This document shows, in pieces, positions 38,246-51,700 of a stretch of 64,000 bases of DNA. The stretch comes from Mobula hypostoma (Eukaryota). How positions within the stretch are numbered: the first letter of the stretch is position 1; the number at the start of each line of letters is the position of its first letter. The notes under the pieces were generated by a model, which saw only the letters and a list, made by a program, of their open reading frames with translations, made no database searches and was not told the DNA's origin. The position numbers and the translations under genes were made by a program. The stretch covers positions 11,844,001 through 11,908,000 of the forward strand of contig NC_086101.1 of the NCBI RefSeq assembly GCF_963921235.1, in the 5' to 3' direction.

Positions 38246-41200
38246 TTAGTGCGACGCTACGTGGCGCCCCAATAAAGAACATTAATTCTATGTGTTGCTT
38301 GGATTTCCAACATGTGCAGATTTTCTCTTGTTTGTGATTTAAAGAACATAAATTTACCATTAATCTGTTTATTGTGTGTTTAATCTGTGTATCTGTTTAT
38401 TTTATTATTTATGACTATTTTAACTGTTAGTATTATTATTATTTGTATTTGCACAGTTTGCTTTCTTTTGCAAATTGGTAGTTTGTCCATCTTTGTGTAT
38501 GGTTTATCAATGATTCTGTTGTGTTTCTTTGTTCTGCTGTGAATGTCTGCAAGAAAATGCATATGGTGACATATATGTACCCTGATAGTAAATTTACTTT
38601 GAGCTTTGATCAATAGCAGTGTTGCCACTCGTGTGGGCCTCTGGGGTTGTCTACCACCACAATAATTGAGGGTCTGCCCCACCCAACCTGGCACCTCCCT
38701 GGCCGCTGGCAGATGAACCCTGTACCACCAGATCCTACAGTAGTAACATGAGGGCGTAGGGAAAAGGGAAAGCGTGGGATTAAATCATCCAAGATGTGAA
38801 TACAGTAGACTGAAATTGTTCACAGGCTGACTGAAAGGGTTAAACGTGTGAGCTGGGAGCTGAGTAAGACAAGATTAGCTCTGACGGGGTTCAGGGGCCT
38901 CATCGGTCAGGGCTGACCATGGATATTGCGTGCTAGCTGTCTGTCTGATACGCAAACCTGGGCAGTACAATACGGAGAGCAAGCTGTTGCCCCTGTAACA
39001 AGCCTCCCTCTCTGCATCTGATGAGCCCAAAGGAATGGCAGAAGCGGGACAGTTTGCGACCAACAGCATCGCAGGAGTTGCCCGTCAACGTTGAACTCAG
39101 TGTAGTACTGCCTTAGGGACTCCAGCTCCGTATTTTTCCTCGTGGTTTACTCCTGAAGCATTCCCCGTGAGCAGGTATAGCCGCAAGGCAGCGGAGGCTT
39201 GAGGTCAGAGTTTTCCTTCTCCTCAGTGAACAGATAAGCTCCATCTGCCAAAAGCAACTGGTTTTGAGATGCCAGCAACCCACCTTTGCTCCTTCTGTTC
39301 GCAGAAGTGGCTCTGCCAGGTTTAGTAGCTCAGCCACACGTGAAGGCCAGGAGCTGGTCTTGGTTGTCTGAGGCTGAGACTGCTGAACCCCTTAATCACA
39401 GAAATACAGTGCCCCCAGATCAAAGTAATGTTTCCCTTTTCCAGGTCACCCTCACCTCCTCTCTCAGAGGGAGGGGACTAGAATTCTTCGAGCAAGGCTC
39501 CTGAGTATTGGATTTCAGGTGGTTAATGTAACTGGTGTTTAAGTGGATATAAGTGTTAATCCTTTTGGGGGGATGTGATGAAAGAAAAATAACATTGATT
39601 GATGACATTAGAATCAAGGGTTAATGCCTCTACTGTGAACTAATTATGTGAAAACTAGCAGCAAGTGAACAGAGATGAATGAATGGGTTAAAGTAGTTCA
39701 TTAGGCCAAATTATACTGAGCTGCTGATCATACTAGCAAGCAAGACTGTTTCATGGCCAGTCAGTGGAAAGGGTTAAATTTCCAGGCTTGGAACAGCCAG
39801 CAGGGATTCACTGGTTAATAAGAGATAATGTATTAAAGGGATTATGTCACTCACGGGTAATGGATAGTGGGAAGGCAGGGAATGAGAGGTTGAATGAATC
39901 AATGAACTGGCTGGGAACAGGTTAAAAAAGTGTGTAAGAGCCAAGTGAAAGCATTAATCATGCTGGATGGAAACAGTTCAAAATTGTGTTTACGAGGTGC
40001 AATGGTTATTCGTAGTTGGAAGAAAAGGGGTTAAAGTTGTGTACGAAGCACTCAAGTTAATCATAACTCGATAATTCGACACCAAGCAGACTCATTGGGC
40101 CTGGTTCTGTATTTCTGCAGGGGAAGAATGGATTAGAACTGAGTGCAAGAGGTACTGAAGAGCGAACTGCATGAGAAGGGAACGGTTAAAGCAATGTTTA
40201 AGAGCTGGCACAATGTACATCGAGACTGAGGAATCGATGCTCAGAAACAAGTCGCATAGAAATCCAAAGGATGATTTGATGGGCCGAATAGCCTCATTGT
40301 GCTCCTATATATAAACCCCTGCTCCGCTCACTTGAAATGGCTCTGCCATCCCAGAGCAGCCTGTTGGAGGTTCAGACACACACTTGATGCTCCTTTACAT
40401 TGAGTACAGCTCCTCTCTGCAGATGGCCCCCGCTTCCACACAGAGCTATGAGAAGGGGACAGGGCTTTAACCAACAGTGGGAGAGCTGGGAGCACCTCGG
40501 GTGGGGGTGGGGAATGAGGATGTAGTCAGCTCAATGAATGAAGAGGTCATCATGCTCTCTGGTCTGTCTGAAGCTTGTTGGTCCGTGAGGGAATGCGCGT
40601 CCCAGGCTGCAGGAGTACATGCCGAGGCCTGATGCAGCCGTCGGGAAGGACCACGTACAGTGCAGGGTTCTTCCACGACGGGAGAGGGAGTGCCAGATTG
40701 GGTGAGGAAGTCCCTCGATTACTGTGGCCGTAAACCATCCCCGGGAGCCACAGAGCTACTGCTGTGTAGAAATGTAACAGGACAATGCTGAAAGCCTTGG
40801 CTATGAATGGAAAGAATGAGAAAGTTTATTCTTCTATTGTTTAAATAATGAATTAAAGTTTATTATGATATAACCAAATTCCTGACTGCCGGAGGACGTA
40901 CTGAGCGAGATACTGAAGCTTGGTGCAGCCACTGCGAGGGCTCGGTGGTCAACAACGACTGCTGTGGCTCCTCTCACCGTAGCATGTGGAGGGGCCGAGT
41001 TTCACCAGAAAGCCCCCAAAATACAAACGAGTATCTCACCCAGAGTGCAATGGTGCTATTATTGGAGAAAAAACACAACACGTTATCACGACTAAATCCA
41101 GGTTGACCCTCCTCAGACAGACTGTGAGAGCACCTTTCCCAGAAGGACACCAGCGGGTCAAAAGGGCGGCTCATTCTCACCTTCCCTACGGAGACCAAGC

Positions 41201-42099
41201 TTTCCGGAGCAAACCATGGCGTTAGGTTCTTCCGCCAATGCAGAGCGAGGGACCGGCTGGGTGAGGAAGATGCTCAATTATTGCAGTCGTGTGCCGCCCC
41301 GGGAGGTGGTGGGGCGCATACCTTATTTGCTTTCGAATTGAACACTCCGTCAATGTAAGAAGGAAAAGACAGTGCAAGGTTCATTCCTGTAAATATTCTT
41401 ATTGTAAGTAAAGTTTATCTGGATACTGGATATTATAAAAAAAAATCCTCACAAGACTGGCCTAGGAATACATATTCTGAGGGCTTTGGCAGCTGGAAAC
41501 GAGCAGGTGCTGTTCCTGTCAGAGAAGGAGGAAGTGGAAACACAGGGTAGAGGGCTAGGTTCCTTCATGTGACTGGATCAGAATCAGAATCAGGTTTAAT
41601 ATCACGGGCACATGGCATGAAATGTGTTGTTTTGCAGCAGCAATACATTGCAATATATAATAAACTATAAATGACAATAAGAAATATTTGTGTCTATATA
41701 CAGTATATGTGTGTATGTATCATATTAAATTAGTAGGGCAAAAAGAGCAAAACAAGAAAACAAATACTGAGGTTCGTTGTCCATTCAGAAATCTGACAGC
41801 AGAGGGGAAGAAGCTGTTCCTGAAACATTGAGTGTGTGTCTTCTTCGGGCTCCTCTTGATTGTAGCAAGAGGGCGATGGGGGTCGTTAATGTTGGTTGCC
41901 GCCATTTGAAGGTATCCTCGATGCTGGGGAGACTAGTGCCCATGATGGAGCTGTCTGGGTCTGCAACTTTTTCCGGCCCCTCCATACCAGACAGTGATGC
42001 AACCGGTTGGATGTGTGCTCCACGTGGTGACCTGCAGTGAACACTTCTCCATCTTACCCCAAAAAGGCCCAGACTGCGCCTTGTCCTGTTAAGGGCCTC

Positions 42100-43130
42100 T
42101 GCATTCATCCACAGGTGTATGACCAGTGTGAGGAGTTGAACTTTGATAGGACTTGGACAATGAATGGTGGGGCACTGAGGAGGATGGGAGAACAAAGGAA
42201 TCCAGGAATGCTGATCCGTAATTGCTTGAAAGTCAAGTCAAGTCAATTCAAGCCCAGTCACTTTTTATTGTCATTTCGACCATAACTGCTGGTACAGTAC
42301 ACAGTGAAAAAGAGACGACGTTCTTCAGGACCATGGTGCTACATGAAACAATACAAAAACTACACTGAACCACGTAAAACAACACAAAAACTACACTAGA
42401 CTACAGACCTACCCAGGACTGCATAAGTGCACAAAACAGTGCAGGTTTTACAATAGATAATAAACAAGACAATAGGCACAGTAGAGGGCAGTAGGTTGGT
42501 GTCAGTCCAGGCTCTGGGTGACCTCACAGGTAGATAGCGTCATGAAGAAAGCTTTTGGTGCATTGGCCTTCATCGATCAGAATATTGAGTACACGAGTTG
42601 GGATGTTATGTTGAAGTTGTACAAGATATTGGTGAGGCCAAATTTGGAGATCTGGTCATCTACTTACAGGAAAGATATCAATAAGATTGAAAGATTACAC
42701 AGAAAGTTTACAAGGATGTTGCCAGGACTGGAGAACCTGACCAATAGGGAAAGGTTGAATAGGTTAAGACTTTACTCCCTGGAGTGTAGGAGAACGAGGA
42801 GTGATTTGATAGAGGTCTATATAAAATTAAGAGAAGCATACAAAATTCCGAGGGGTATATATTGGGTAAGTGCAAGTGGACTTTTTCCAAGTGAGATTGG
42901 GTGAAACTAGAACCAGGGACCATAGGTTCAGAGTGAAACGTGAAATATTTAAGGGGAACCTGAGGGAGAACTTCACTCGGAATGGTGAAGGCTGCCAGCA
43001 GAAGTGGTGGATGTGGGTTTGTTTGCAAAATTTAAGAGAGAGTTGGGTAAATACGTGGTTGGGAGGGTTGGAAGCCTATAGTGCAGGTGGCAGGTGGCAG
43101 GTTGATGGAAGTATACAGGATGATAGTCTG
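42100..43130 (+). mobile_element. Degenerate CR1 with a nested younger repeat (42233-42517; second copy at about 45400-45600)
   Basis: KKAFGALAFI...LYKILVRPNLE; the nested block tttttattgtcatttc.accataactgctggtacagtacacagt is near-identical at both sites. Confidence 0.8.
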
Positions 43131-44949
43131 GTACAGACTGGAATCAGAATCAGAACCAGGTTTAATATCACCGGCATATGTCCAAGGCTGATGAGCCCCA
43201 CCTACCCAAAACTAGAGGCTCTTGAAAGATCCTATTGTATCTACCTCTACCAGCTTCGCTGGTGGCCCACTGCACGCACCCACCACTCTCTGTGTGAAAA
43301 ACTTACCTCTGACATCCCCCCTGTACCTACTTCCAAGCACCTTGGACTACATAGTTCCCTTGGACTATATCAGTGACGTGGAGAGGAGGAACCCACTGCA
43401 TGGGCAACAGCCGGTTCGTTAGATCTTCCCACCCAGGCTTGCACCCTGGAGAGGGCACTAGAGGCGCAAACCCATCATCCCCTGGGGTTGACGACTGCCC
43501 ATTACTAGATAAGTACCTGGAGCTTAGAAAAATAGAGGGCTATGCTGTAGGGAAATTCTAGGCAGTTTCTAGAGTAGGCTACATGGTCAGCACAACATTG
43601 TGGACTGAAGGGCCTTTAATGTGCTGTAGATTTCTATGTTCTAACTTCACTCACCCTAAGACTGAACTGTTTACACAACCTATCGACTCACTTTCAAGGA
43701 GTCTTCGTGTTAGTTTATTATTATTATTATTATTACATTTCTCGTTGTATTTACTATGAATGCCCTCAAGAAAATGAACTTTGACCTGCTGAGTTCCTCC
43801 AGCATTTTATAGGTGTTGCTGAAGATTTCCAGTATCTGCAGAATCTCTTCAAAGTGCATATACGTCCCCAAATACAACCCTGAGATTCGTTTACTTGCGG
43901 GCATTCACAGTAAATACTGTACTAGAAACACAATAGACCACACCTAACAAACAACCAATGTGCGAGAAAAAACAACAAACTGTGCTGGTATCAAAAATTC
44001 ATCCTTATCGCTCAAGAGTCTGATAACAGCGGAAGCGAAGCTGTCTGTGGGCCTGAAGTCACTTTCCGAGCCTCAGGAGGAACGGGCCTGCCAGATAGTT
44101 TCCAGCAAGGCATTGCCCTTTTAAGAGAACAATGCCGCTGGCAGCCCAACAAATTCACACAGTGCCTGGTCTCTGAATCTCACTGTTTTTACCAGTCGGT
44201 TTTCACAGCAATTTCGCAGTTTCTTAGATAATCCGAAACCACCCCGCAACATTACAGAGGCATCTATTCCGGGGGTCACTGCTCCCCTCCCCCGTCCTAT
44301 TGTGCAGCCGAACGAGTTAATGGCGCGGTTTACACAAGAACAGACATCGGCATGTGGAGGGGAGGAGAGTTAAACGGGAGTTTTTTTAAACCAGCATTTC
44401 TAATTAGCTTTCTATGGATTAAAGGGAGGTTTTGCGGTACAATCTACAAATACGAAGGGATTCTAACAATACGAATCCCTCACTAACGGGTTGGGGTGTC
44501 GGTAACCAGGAAACACAGATCCAACGTAAAGCTGCCAGTGGGACGAGGGCGGCAGGACAGCTTCACACATTTCACACACATAATAAACCTGATTCTGATT
44601 CTGACATTTGGGGCTATTGTGCAGCCGGACCACAGTCAGACCGCATTTAAGGTTATTTAATGTCATTTCCTGTACACAAGTGTAAAGGAGAACGAAATAA
44701 TTGTTACTCCGGACCGGTGCAGCGCAAAAAGTAAATAACACAACGATAATAAAAACACACGATAAATATAAATACTTGAAATAGATTATATACATGGATT
44801 GATTGTATGACCATAAAGTGATGGAAGGCCATGCATAAGATAACTGAAAGGAAATAACAAAGTATTGATGGTTGGGGGTGTGAAGGGGGGGTGGTTTGTG
44901 GGTGAAGGTGTTGATCAGCCTTACTGCTTGGGGAAAGTGACTGCCTTTG

Positions 44950-45127
44950 GGTTTCACACATCAAAGTTGCTGGTGAGCGCAGCAGGCCAGGCAGCATCTC
45001 TTGGAAGGGTCTCGGCCCGAAACGTCGACCGTACCTCTTCCTAGAGATGCTGCCTGGCCTGCTGCGTTCACCAGCAACTTTGATGCGTGTTGCTTGAATT
45101 TCCAGCATCTGCAGAATTCCTGGTGTT
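44950..45127. mobile_element. Penelope-derived element with inverted duplication
   Basis: Family sequence present in both orientations; tgcctttg duplicated on both flanks; partial hammerhead gggtctcggcccgaaacgtcgac. Confidence 0.75.
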
Positions 45128-45713
45128 TGCCTTTGAGTCTGGTGATCCTGGCATTGATCCTCCCTGATGAAAATGGGACAAACAGTCCATGAGCAGGGTG
45201 GGTGGGATCCTTCATGATGTTACTGACCTTTTTCCGGCACCTTTCTGTGTACGGGTCCGTGATGGCTGGTAGGCTGGTGCCGGTGAATCTCTGGGCAGTT
45301 TTGACTAACCCTCGTAGAGCCTTGCAGTTCCCATACCAAACAGTGTTGTAGCTTGTTAGGATGCACCCTCACAGACGTGCAGGATGTGAGTATGGATGTC
45401 AAGTCGTTTTTATTGTCATTTCAACCATAACTGCTGGTACAGTACACAGTAAAAACGAAACAACGTTCCTCCAGGACCATGGTGCTATCTGAAACAACAC
45501 AAAACTACACTAGACTTCAGACCTACACATGACTACATAAAGTGCTCAAAATAGTGCAAGACTGTACAATAATTAATAAACAAGACAATAGGCACAGTAA
45601 AGGACAAATTACAATGTAATAATAAATGATGTAAATGTAAATGTAAACAATGTTTTAGCAGGAATTGAGAAAGAAATGAGCAAAATTTGCGAAGCGAGTG
45701 GAGTGGTGTTCAG

Positions 45714-46429
45714 GTGTGTGTGTGAGTGTGAGTGCGTTTGTGTGTCTGTGAGTGTGTGTGTGTGTGTGTGTGAGTGTGTGTGTGAGTGTGTGTGTGAGTG
45801 TGTGTTTGTGTGTGTGCGTGAGTGTGTGTTTGTGTGTGTGTGTGTGAGTGTGTTTGTGTGTGTGAGTGTGTGTGTGTGTGTGTGAGTGTGTGTGTGAGTG
45901 TGTGTGTGAGTGTGTGTGTGTGTGAGTGTGTTTGTGTGTGAGTGTGTGTTTGTGTGTGTGTGTGTGTGAGTGTGTGTGTGAGTGTGTTTGTGTGTGAGTG
46001 TGTGTGTGTGTGTGTGAGTGTGTGTGTGTGTGAGTGTGTGTTTGTGTGTGTGTGTGAGTGTGTTTGTGTGTGAGTGTGTGTGAGTGTGTGTGTGAGTGTG
46101 TGTGTGTGTGAGTGTGTGTTTGTGTGTGTGTGTGAGTGTGTGTGAGTGTGTGTGTGTGTGTGTGTGAGTGTGTTTGTGTGTGTGAGTGTGTGTGTGAGTG
46201 TGTGTGTGTGTGTGTCTGTGTGTGTGTGTGTCTGTGTGTGTGAGTGTGTTTGTGTGTGTGAGTGTGTGTGTGTGTGTGTGTTTGTGTGTGAGTGTGTGTT
46301 TGTGTGTGTGTGTGAGTGTGTGTGTGTGTGAGTGTGTTTGTGTGTGAGTGTGTGTGTGTGTGAGTGTGTGTGTGAGTGTGTGTTTGTGTGTGTGTGAGTG
46401 TGTGTTTGTGTGTGTGAGTGTGTTTGTGT

Positions 46430-46463
<34 letters not shown>

Positions 46464-46513
46464 GTGTGTGTTTGTGTGTGTGTGTGTGAGTGTGTTTGTG
46501 TGTGTGTTTGTGT

Positions 46514-46545
<32 letters not shown>

Positions 46546-46659
46546 TTGTGTGTGAGTGTGTGAGTGTGTTTGTGTGTGAGTGTGTGTGTGTGAGTGTGTG
46601 TGTGAGTGTGTGTTTGTGTGTGTGTGAGTGTGTGTTTGTGTGTGTGAGTGTGTTTGTGT

Positions 46660-46717
<58 letters not shown>

Positions 46718-46743
46718 GAGTGTGTTTGTGTGTGTGTTTGTGT

Positions 46744-46775
<32 letters not shown>

Positions 46776-46823
46776 TTGTGTGTGAGTGTGTGTTTGTGTG
46801 TGTGTGTGAGTGTGTGTGAGTGT

Positions 46824-46866
<43 letters not shown>
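45714..46866. repeat. About 1.15-kb imperfect (TG)n microsatellite with GAG/TTT interruptions
   Basis: Seen directly in the sequence. Confidence 0.99.
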
Positions 46867-46869
<3 letters not shown>

Positions 46870-48019
46870 ACTCCAGCTCTCTTCAGCCTCCTCAGAAAGT
46901 AGAGGCGCTGGTGAGCAGGGTCATAATAACAGAGAATGAGGCCATTCAGCCCTTTTGGGCTTCAGACAGGCACTTGAGCATGAATTGCGGATTTGCCAAG
47001 GAGATTGGAAACCAGATGCAAAGTCGAAGTCCAGATCATCATCAGACACACAAATACATCTGTGCAGAGGTGCGATGAACAACTTCCCGGGCACAGAGCA
47101 TCAGAGACACAGCATTCACAGGAGAAACTCACAGTACAAATATTGTATTAGCTTTATTTGTCACGTGTACATCAAAACACCCAGTGAAATGCGTCAACGA
47201 CCTACACAGGTCTGAGGATGTACTGGGGGCAAGTGTCATCATGCTTCCTGCACCAGCAAAGGATGCCCACAATTTCTTAACACTTACCCGTGTGTCTTTG
47301 GGACGTAGGTGGAAACTGGAACACCCGGAGGAAACCCACGGGGTGAACACATACAGACAGCAGCAGGAATGAGACCCCGGTTGGTTCTGTTAAGAGTTAC
47401 GCGAGCCACTACACCAATGTGCCATCCAAAAAGTACAGACGCTGCCCTGCACGGTGGCCACAGTGTTGCTATAATGAACTATTGGTAGTTCCTCCCAGAA
47501 CAGATTGGCTGAAGGGAGGTAGCTGATCTGGAACCTGGTGGTGTGGATCACCAGGCCTTTGTACCTCGTGCCCGATGGTAGCTGCGAAAAGATCAATCGC
47601 ATAACATCATAAGGCATAGGAGCAGATTCGGCCCATCGAATCTGCTCTCCCAATCTACCCTGGCTGATTAATCATCCCTCTCAACCCCATCCTTCTGCCA
47701 CCTCACCGTAACTTTTGATGCCCTCACTAATCAAGAATCTAACAAACTCGGCTTTAAATCCGAGAGTGCCACACTAGCGACGCTATTACAGCTCGGGTCA
47801 ACAGAGTTCGGAGTTCAATTCCAGCATCCTTGGTAAGGAGTTTGTACGTCCTCCCTGTGGAACGAGGGGGTTTTCCCCGGGTGCTCTGGTTTGCCTCCCA
47901 CAATCCAAAGGTGTACAGCCAGGTAGGTTAATTAGTCACTGAAAATTGTCCTGTGACTGTGTTAGGGTTAAATCAGTGTTGTTGGGAGTTGCTGGGCAGT
48001 GTGGCTCAAAGGTTCAAAC

Positions 48020-48710
48020 ATCAGAAATGCAGAGGGACTTCGGAGTCCTCGTGCAAAACTCCCAGAAGGTTAATTTACGGGTTGAGTCTGTGGTAAAGAA
48101 GGCAAATGAATGGTGGTATTTATTTCAAGGAGAATAGAATATAAAAGCAAGGAGATAATGCCGAGCCTTTGGAAGGCACTCGTCAGGCCGCACTTGAAGT
48201 ATTATTAACAGTTTTGGGCCCCATATCTCAGAAGGGATGTGTTCATGAGGATGATTCCAGGAATGAAGAGGTTAACATATGAGGAGCGTTTGGCAGCTTT
48301 GGGCCTGTACTCACTAGAGTTTAGAAGAATGCAGGGATGGGAGAGGGATCCCATTGAAACCTACCAAATGTTGAAAGGACTAGATAGGGTGGATGTGGAG
48401 AGGATGTTTCCCATGTTGGGGTATCCAGAACTAGAGGACCCAGCTCAAAATTGAGGGATGACGTATTAGAACAGAGGTAAGGAGGAATTTTTTTTTAGCC
48501 AGAGAGTGATGAATCTGTGGAATGCTGTGCCACAGACTGCGGTGGAGGCCAAGTCCGTGGGTATATTTAAGATGAAAGTTGATCGTTTCCTGATCAGTCA
48601 AAGGATATGGTGAGAGGGCGGTGTATGGGGTTGAGTGGAATCCGGGAACAGCCATGGCAAACCAGACTCGATAGGCTGAATGGCCTAATTCTGCTGCTAC
48701 GTCTTATGAT
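48020..48710 (+). mobile_element. CR1 3' fragment
   Basis: RMIPGMKRLTYEERLAALGLYSLEFRRMQG. Confidence 0.87.
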
Positions 48711-51700
48711 CTTATTTCTCTTATCTCCCACATCCCAAAGGCGTTGCAGGTTGATATTTGACTGGCCACTGTGAATCGATTGTAGTGTGTTGGTGAGTGG
48801 GAGGAGATGAAGGGAAATTGGGGGTAACAAAATGGGTTTGCTGTGCATGGTCTGACATGGACTCAAAGGTCCTCTTTCCATAACCGTATGAAAAACAAAG
48901 TACAGTACAGACATTCTACAAAAGCAGCAGTGTCTGTGGAGGTGATTTAATCACTCAGGGTTTGAGAACATGAGTACTCACACAATGCTGATTAGATGAC
49001 TCATTTCACTTGGAAATATTTTACAGGAAAAGTGATTTACAAGCCAACGCAGCAGATGATATGGATCTGAATATATCACTTTACAAATAAGGGAGGAAGA
49101 AGGGATGTTGGCCTGCCTGTTCTCCATCCTCTGTTTGCCATTTGAGCCTTGCCTCAACTTGACTCTCATCCCCTTTTTTCAGTCCCTAAGACGGGATGAT
49201 AAGAGGCACTGATGGAGTGGACAGCCATCGCCTTTTTCCCAGGCCAGAAATGGCTAACCATAATTACAATTGTGAGCGGGTAGAATTTTAAGGTGATTGG
49301 GAAGGAAAGCAGGTGGGGTATGTCACAGAACATAGAACATAGAATAGTACAGCACAATACAGGCCCTTCGGCCCAAAATGTTGTGCTGACCCTCAAACCC
49401 TCATAGGTAGGTATTTTACACAGAGAGTGGTGGGTGCATGAAACATGCCGCTAATGGGGAGGAAGCCCCTCAGTACTACTCCATAGGGGCCACAGGAATG
49501 TAGTAGGACACAACCTAATGGTAAATTGGGTATAGGTAAAGTGAGGGTTGACAGGACAGCAAAGGTAACAGGAAGAAGACAGGAGAATGGGGCTGAGAAG
49601 GGAAACAAATCAGCCTTGATGGAATGGTGGAGCAGACTCGATAGGCAAATGGCATAATTCTGCTCCTAATTCTTATGGTCTAACTCATTGTCAATGAAAA
49701 GACACAAACTCTCTCCAGGCAGCGGTGGGAATTGAACCTGGTGCTGTAATAGCGTTGCGCTAACCACATGCTACTGTGCCGCCTGAGAGGTAACTCTTAG
49801 ATTGGCACAGGGATGAAAGTAAAATAAACCGTTATGTGGGAAGGAGGGGGTTCGATCGATTTTGAATTCAGTTAAAAGATTGGCACAACATTGTGGGCTG
49901 AAGAACATAGAACATAGAATACAGCGCCTGTACTGAGTTCTAAGTTCTAAGTTCTAAGTTCCATGTTCTAAGTTCTATGCTCTATGTTCCATCTTGTACT
50001 CAGTCTTGTTCTTTCCCAGAATGTGGGGGATCTGGGAGAAAAGGGAATTATTGTACTCTGTGGAGGAGAGAAGGGAATTATCGACATTTCAGGTGAAAAC
50101 CCTGTGGGAAGATGATCTGGGTTTGCTTTGCTTGGGGCAGAGAGAACTAAATGGCCAGGGGAGTGGGCGGGGGGAGGTTGGGCTACATGATTGAGGTATA
50201 CAGAATTTAGAGGACCATAAATCGTATGTCTTGTGAGAAACTTTATCCCATAATGGAGAAGTCTGAAACTAAAGGACGTAGGTTGACCCTGAGCAGCACG
50301 GAACAGGATCTTTAGGCCAACTCGTCCATGCTCACCGTGTTGTCCTTGAATAATTGCGCTCCTGAAATTCATGGTGATTTCTGAATGTTATCGCTGCCCT
50401 ACTGCCTGCAGGGCAGTCAGCTGCCCAGGCCCCAGACTTGAGAAATGTTTTCTGTGCATGTTTTATTTGCACAGTGTGTCTTCTTTGGCACGTTGGTTGT
50501 TTGTCTCTCTTTTTTATATATAGTCTAGTTTCTGATAAATTTTATTGTTTTTATTTTCCTGTCAATGTCTGCATGACAATGAATCTCATGTTTGCATATG
50601 GTAACATAGATGTACTTTAATAATAAGTTTGACTCTAACTTTGAACTCCCTCCATAAACCTCATCCTCTGTCACTTAAACCAGCTTGCACAAATGAAACT
50701 GCCTGGTTATTGCTCTAACGGACAGCTCATTTGAATGCTCCCCAGCATCAAGGACACCTTCGAAAGGCAATGCCTCATTAAGGACCCACATCAGACAGGA
50801 CGTGCCATTTTCTCATTGCTACCATCAAGACACCCACTCAAAGTTTTAGGAGCAGCTTCTTCTCCTCTGCAGTCAGATTTCCCAACGGACAATGAACCCA
50901 TGGACACAACTTCACTATTTTTCTCTCTCTTCTTGCACTACTTAATTAATTTATATATATATAAAATTATGTATTGCACTTTACTGCTGTTGCAAAGCAA
51001 CACATTTCATGACATAGGCCAGAGATATTAAACTGATTTTGGTCCTCTGAAGGCTCAGGGACATTTTGGTGCATTAGTCAAAGTCCGAACTGAGTTTGTT
51101 GTCAAGTCCATGGCTACTGCTTATCTCTTGTGTCCCTTCTTTATAAAACAAAATTGCCGTTCAACCATCACATGAATTCAGCCAAATGAAACAGCGTTCC
51201 TCTGAGGCCGAGGTTTAAACCACAGTACCAACAATCACACACAACACACATCATATATAATTATGATAACAGAAACACATACAGTTACAAAAAATATACT
51301 GCACCATAGCCCAAGTCCCTGAGTGTCGTGGCCCTGTAGACTGATGGCACGTGGATGTCCTAGAGCCATGTTTCTGTGAGTACAGCAGGCAACAGTTCCT
51401 CATCTCACGAAGGGCAGTTGTTGATGAACACAATCCACCCACACAATCTTCCACCGAGCGAACACTGGAGGCCAGCGCCAATGGGGGGGGCGCGGTCGAG
51501 CCCCCAACCCAGCACCGAATCCAGCGGCGTACAGTCAGCTCTGGCGTCTCCTTCCTTGGCGGCTGCAACAGGCAACCATGAAGCATGAGGGCCTGTTCTG
51601 TGCCACAGCCATTTGTAGATCGCACACCACCTCTTGACGCCTGCTTCCATAATGGGAAGGATGTAATTATAATTGTATGGTGGGTTGGAGGTACGTCTCT

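Noticed and set aside
39015..39060. CTGATGA-gcc...ggc-a-GAA, hammerhead-like motif in the RTE-like repeat (also about 21750, minus strand)
   Set aside because: No GAAA plus stem III/NUH arrangement; the second copy reads GAGAC
39425..39503. Acceptor-like tttccctttttccag followed by a short open frame
   Set aside because: No donor or partner exons and no recognisable protein
45676..47078. Cys/Val-rich ORFs
   Set aside because: Translations of the (TG)n microsatellite
49900..49990. (AGAACAT)n / (GTTCTAA)n short tandem arrays, considered as CRISPR-like
   Set aside because: No spacers; these are ordinary LINE/SINE microsatellite tails in a vertebrate genome
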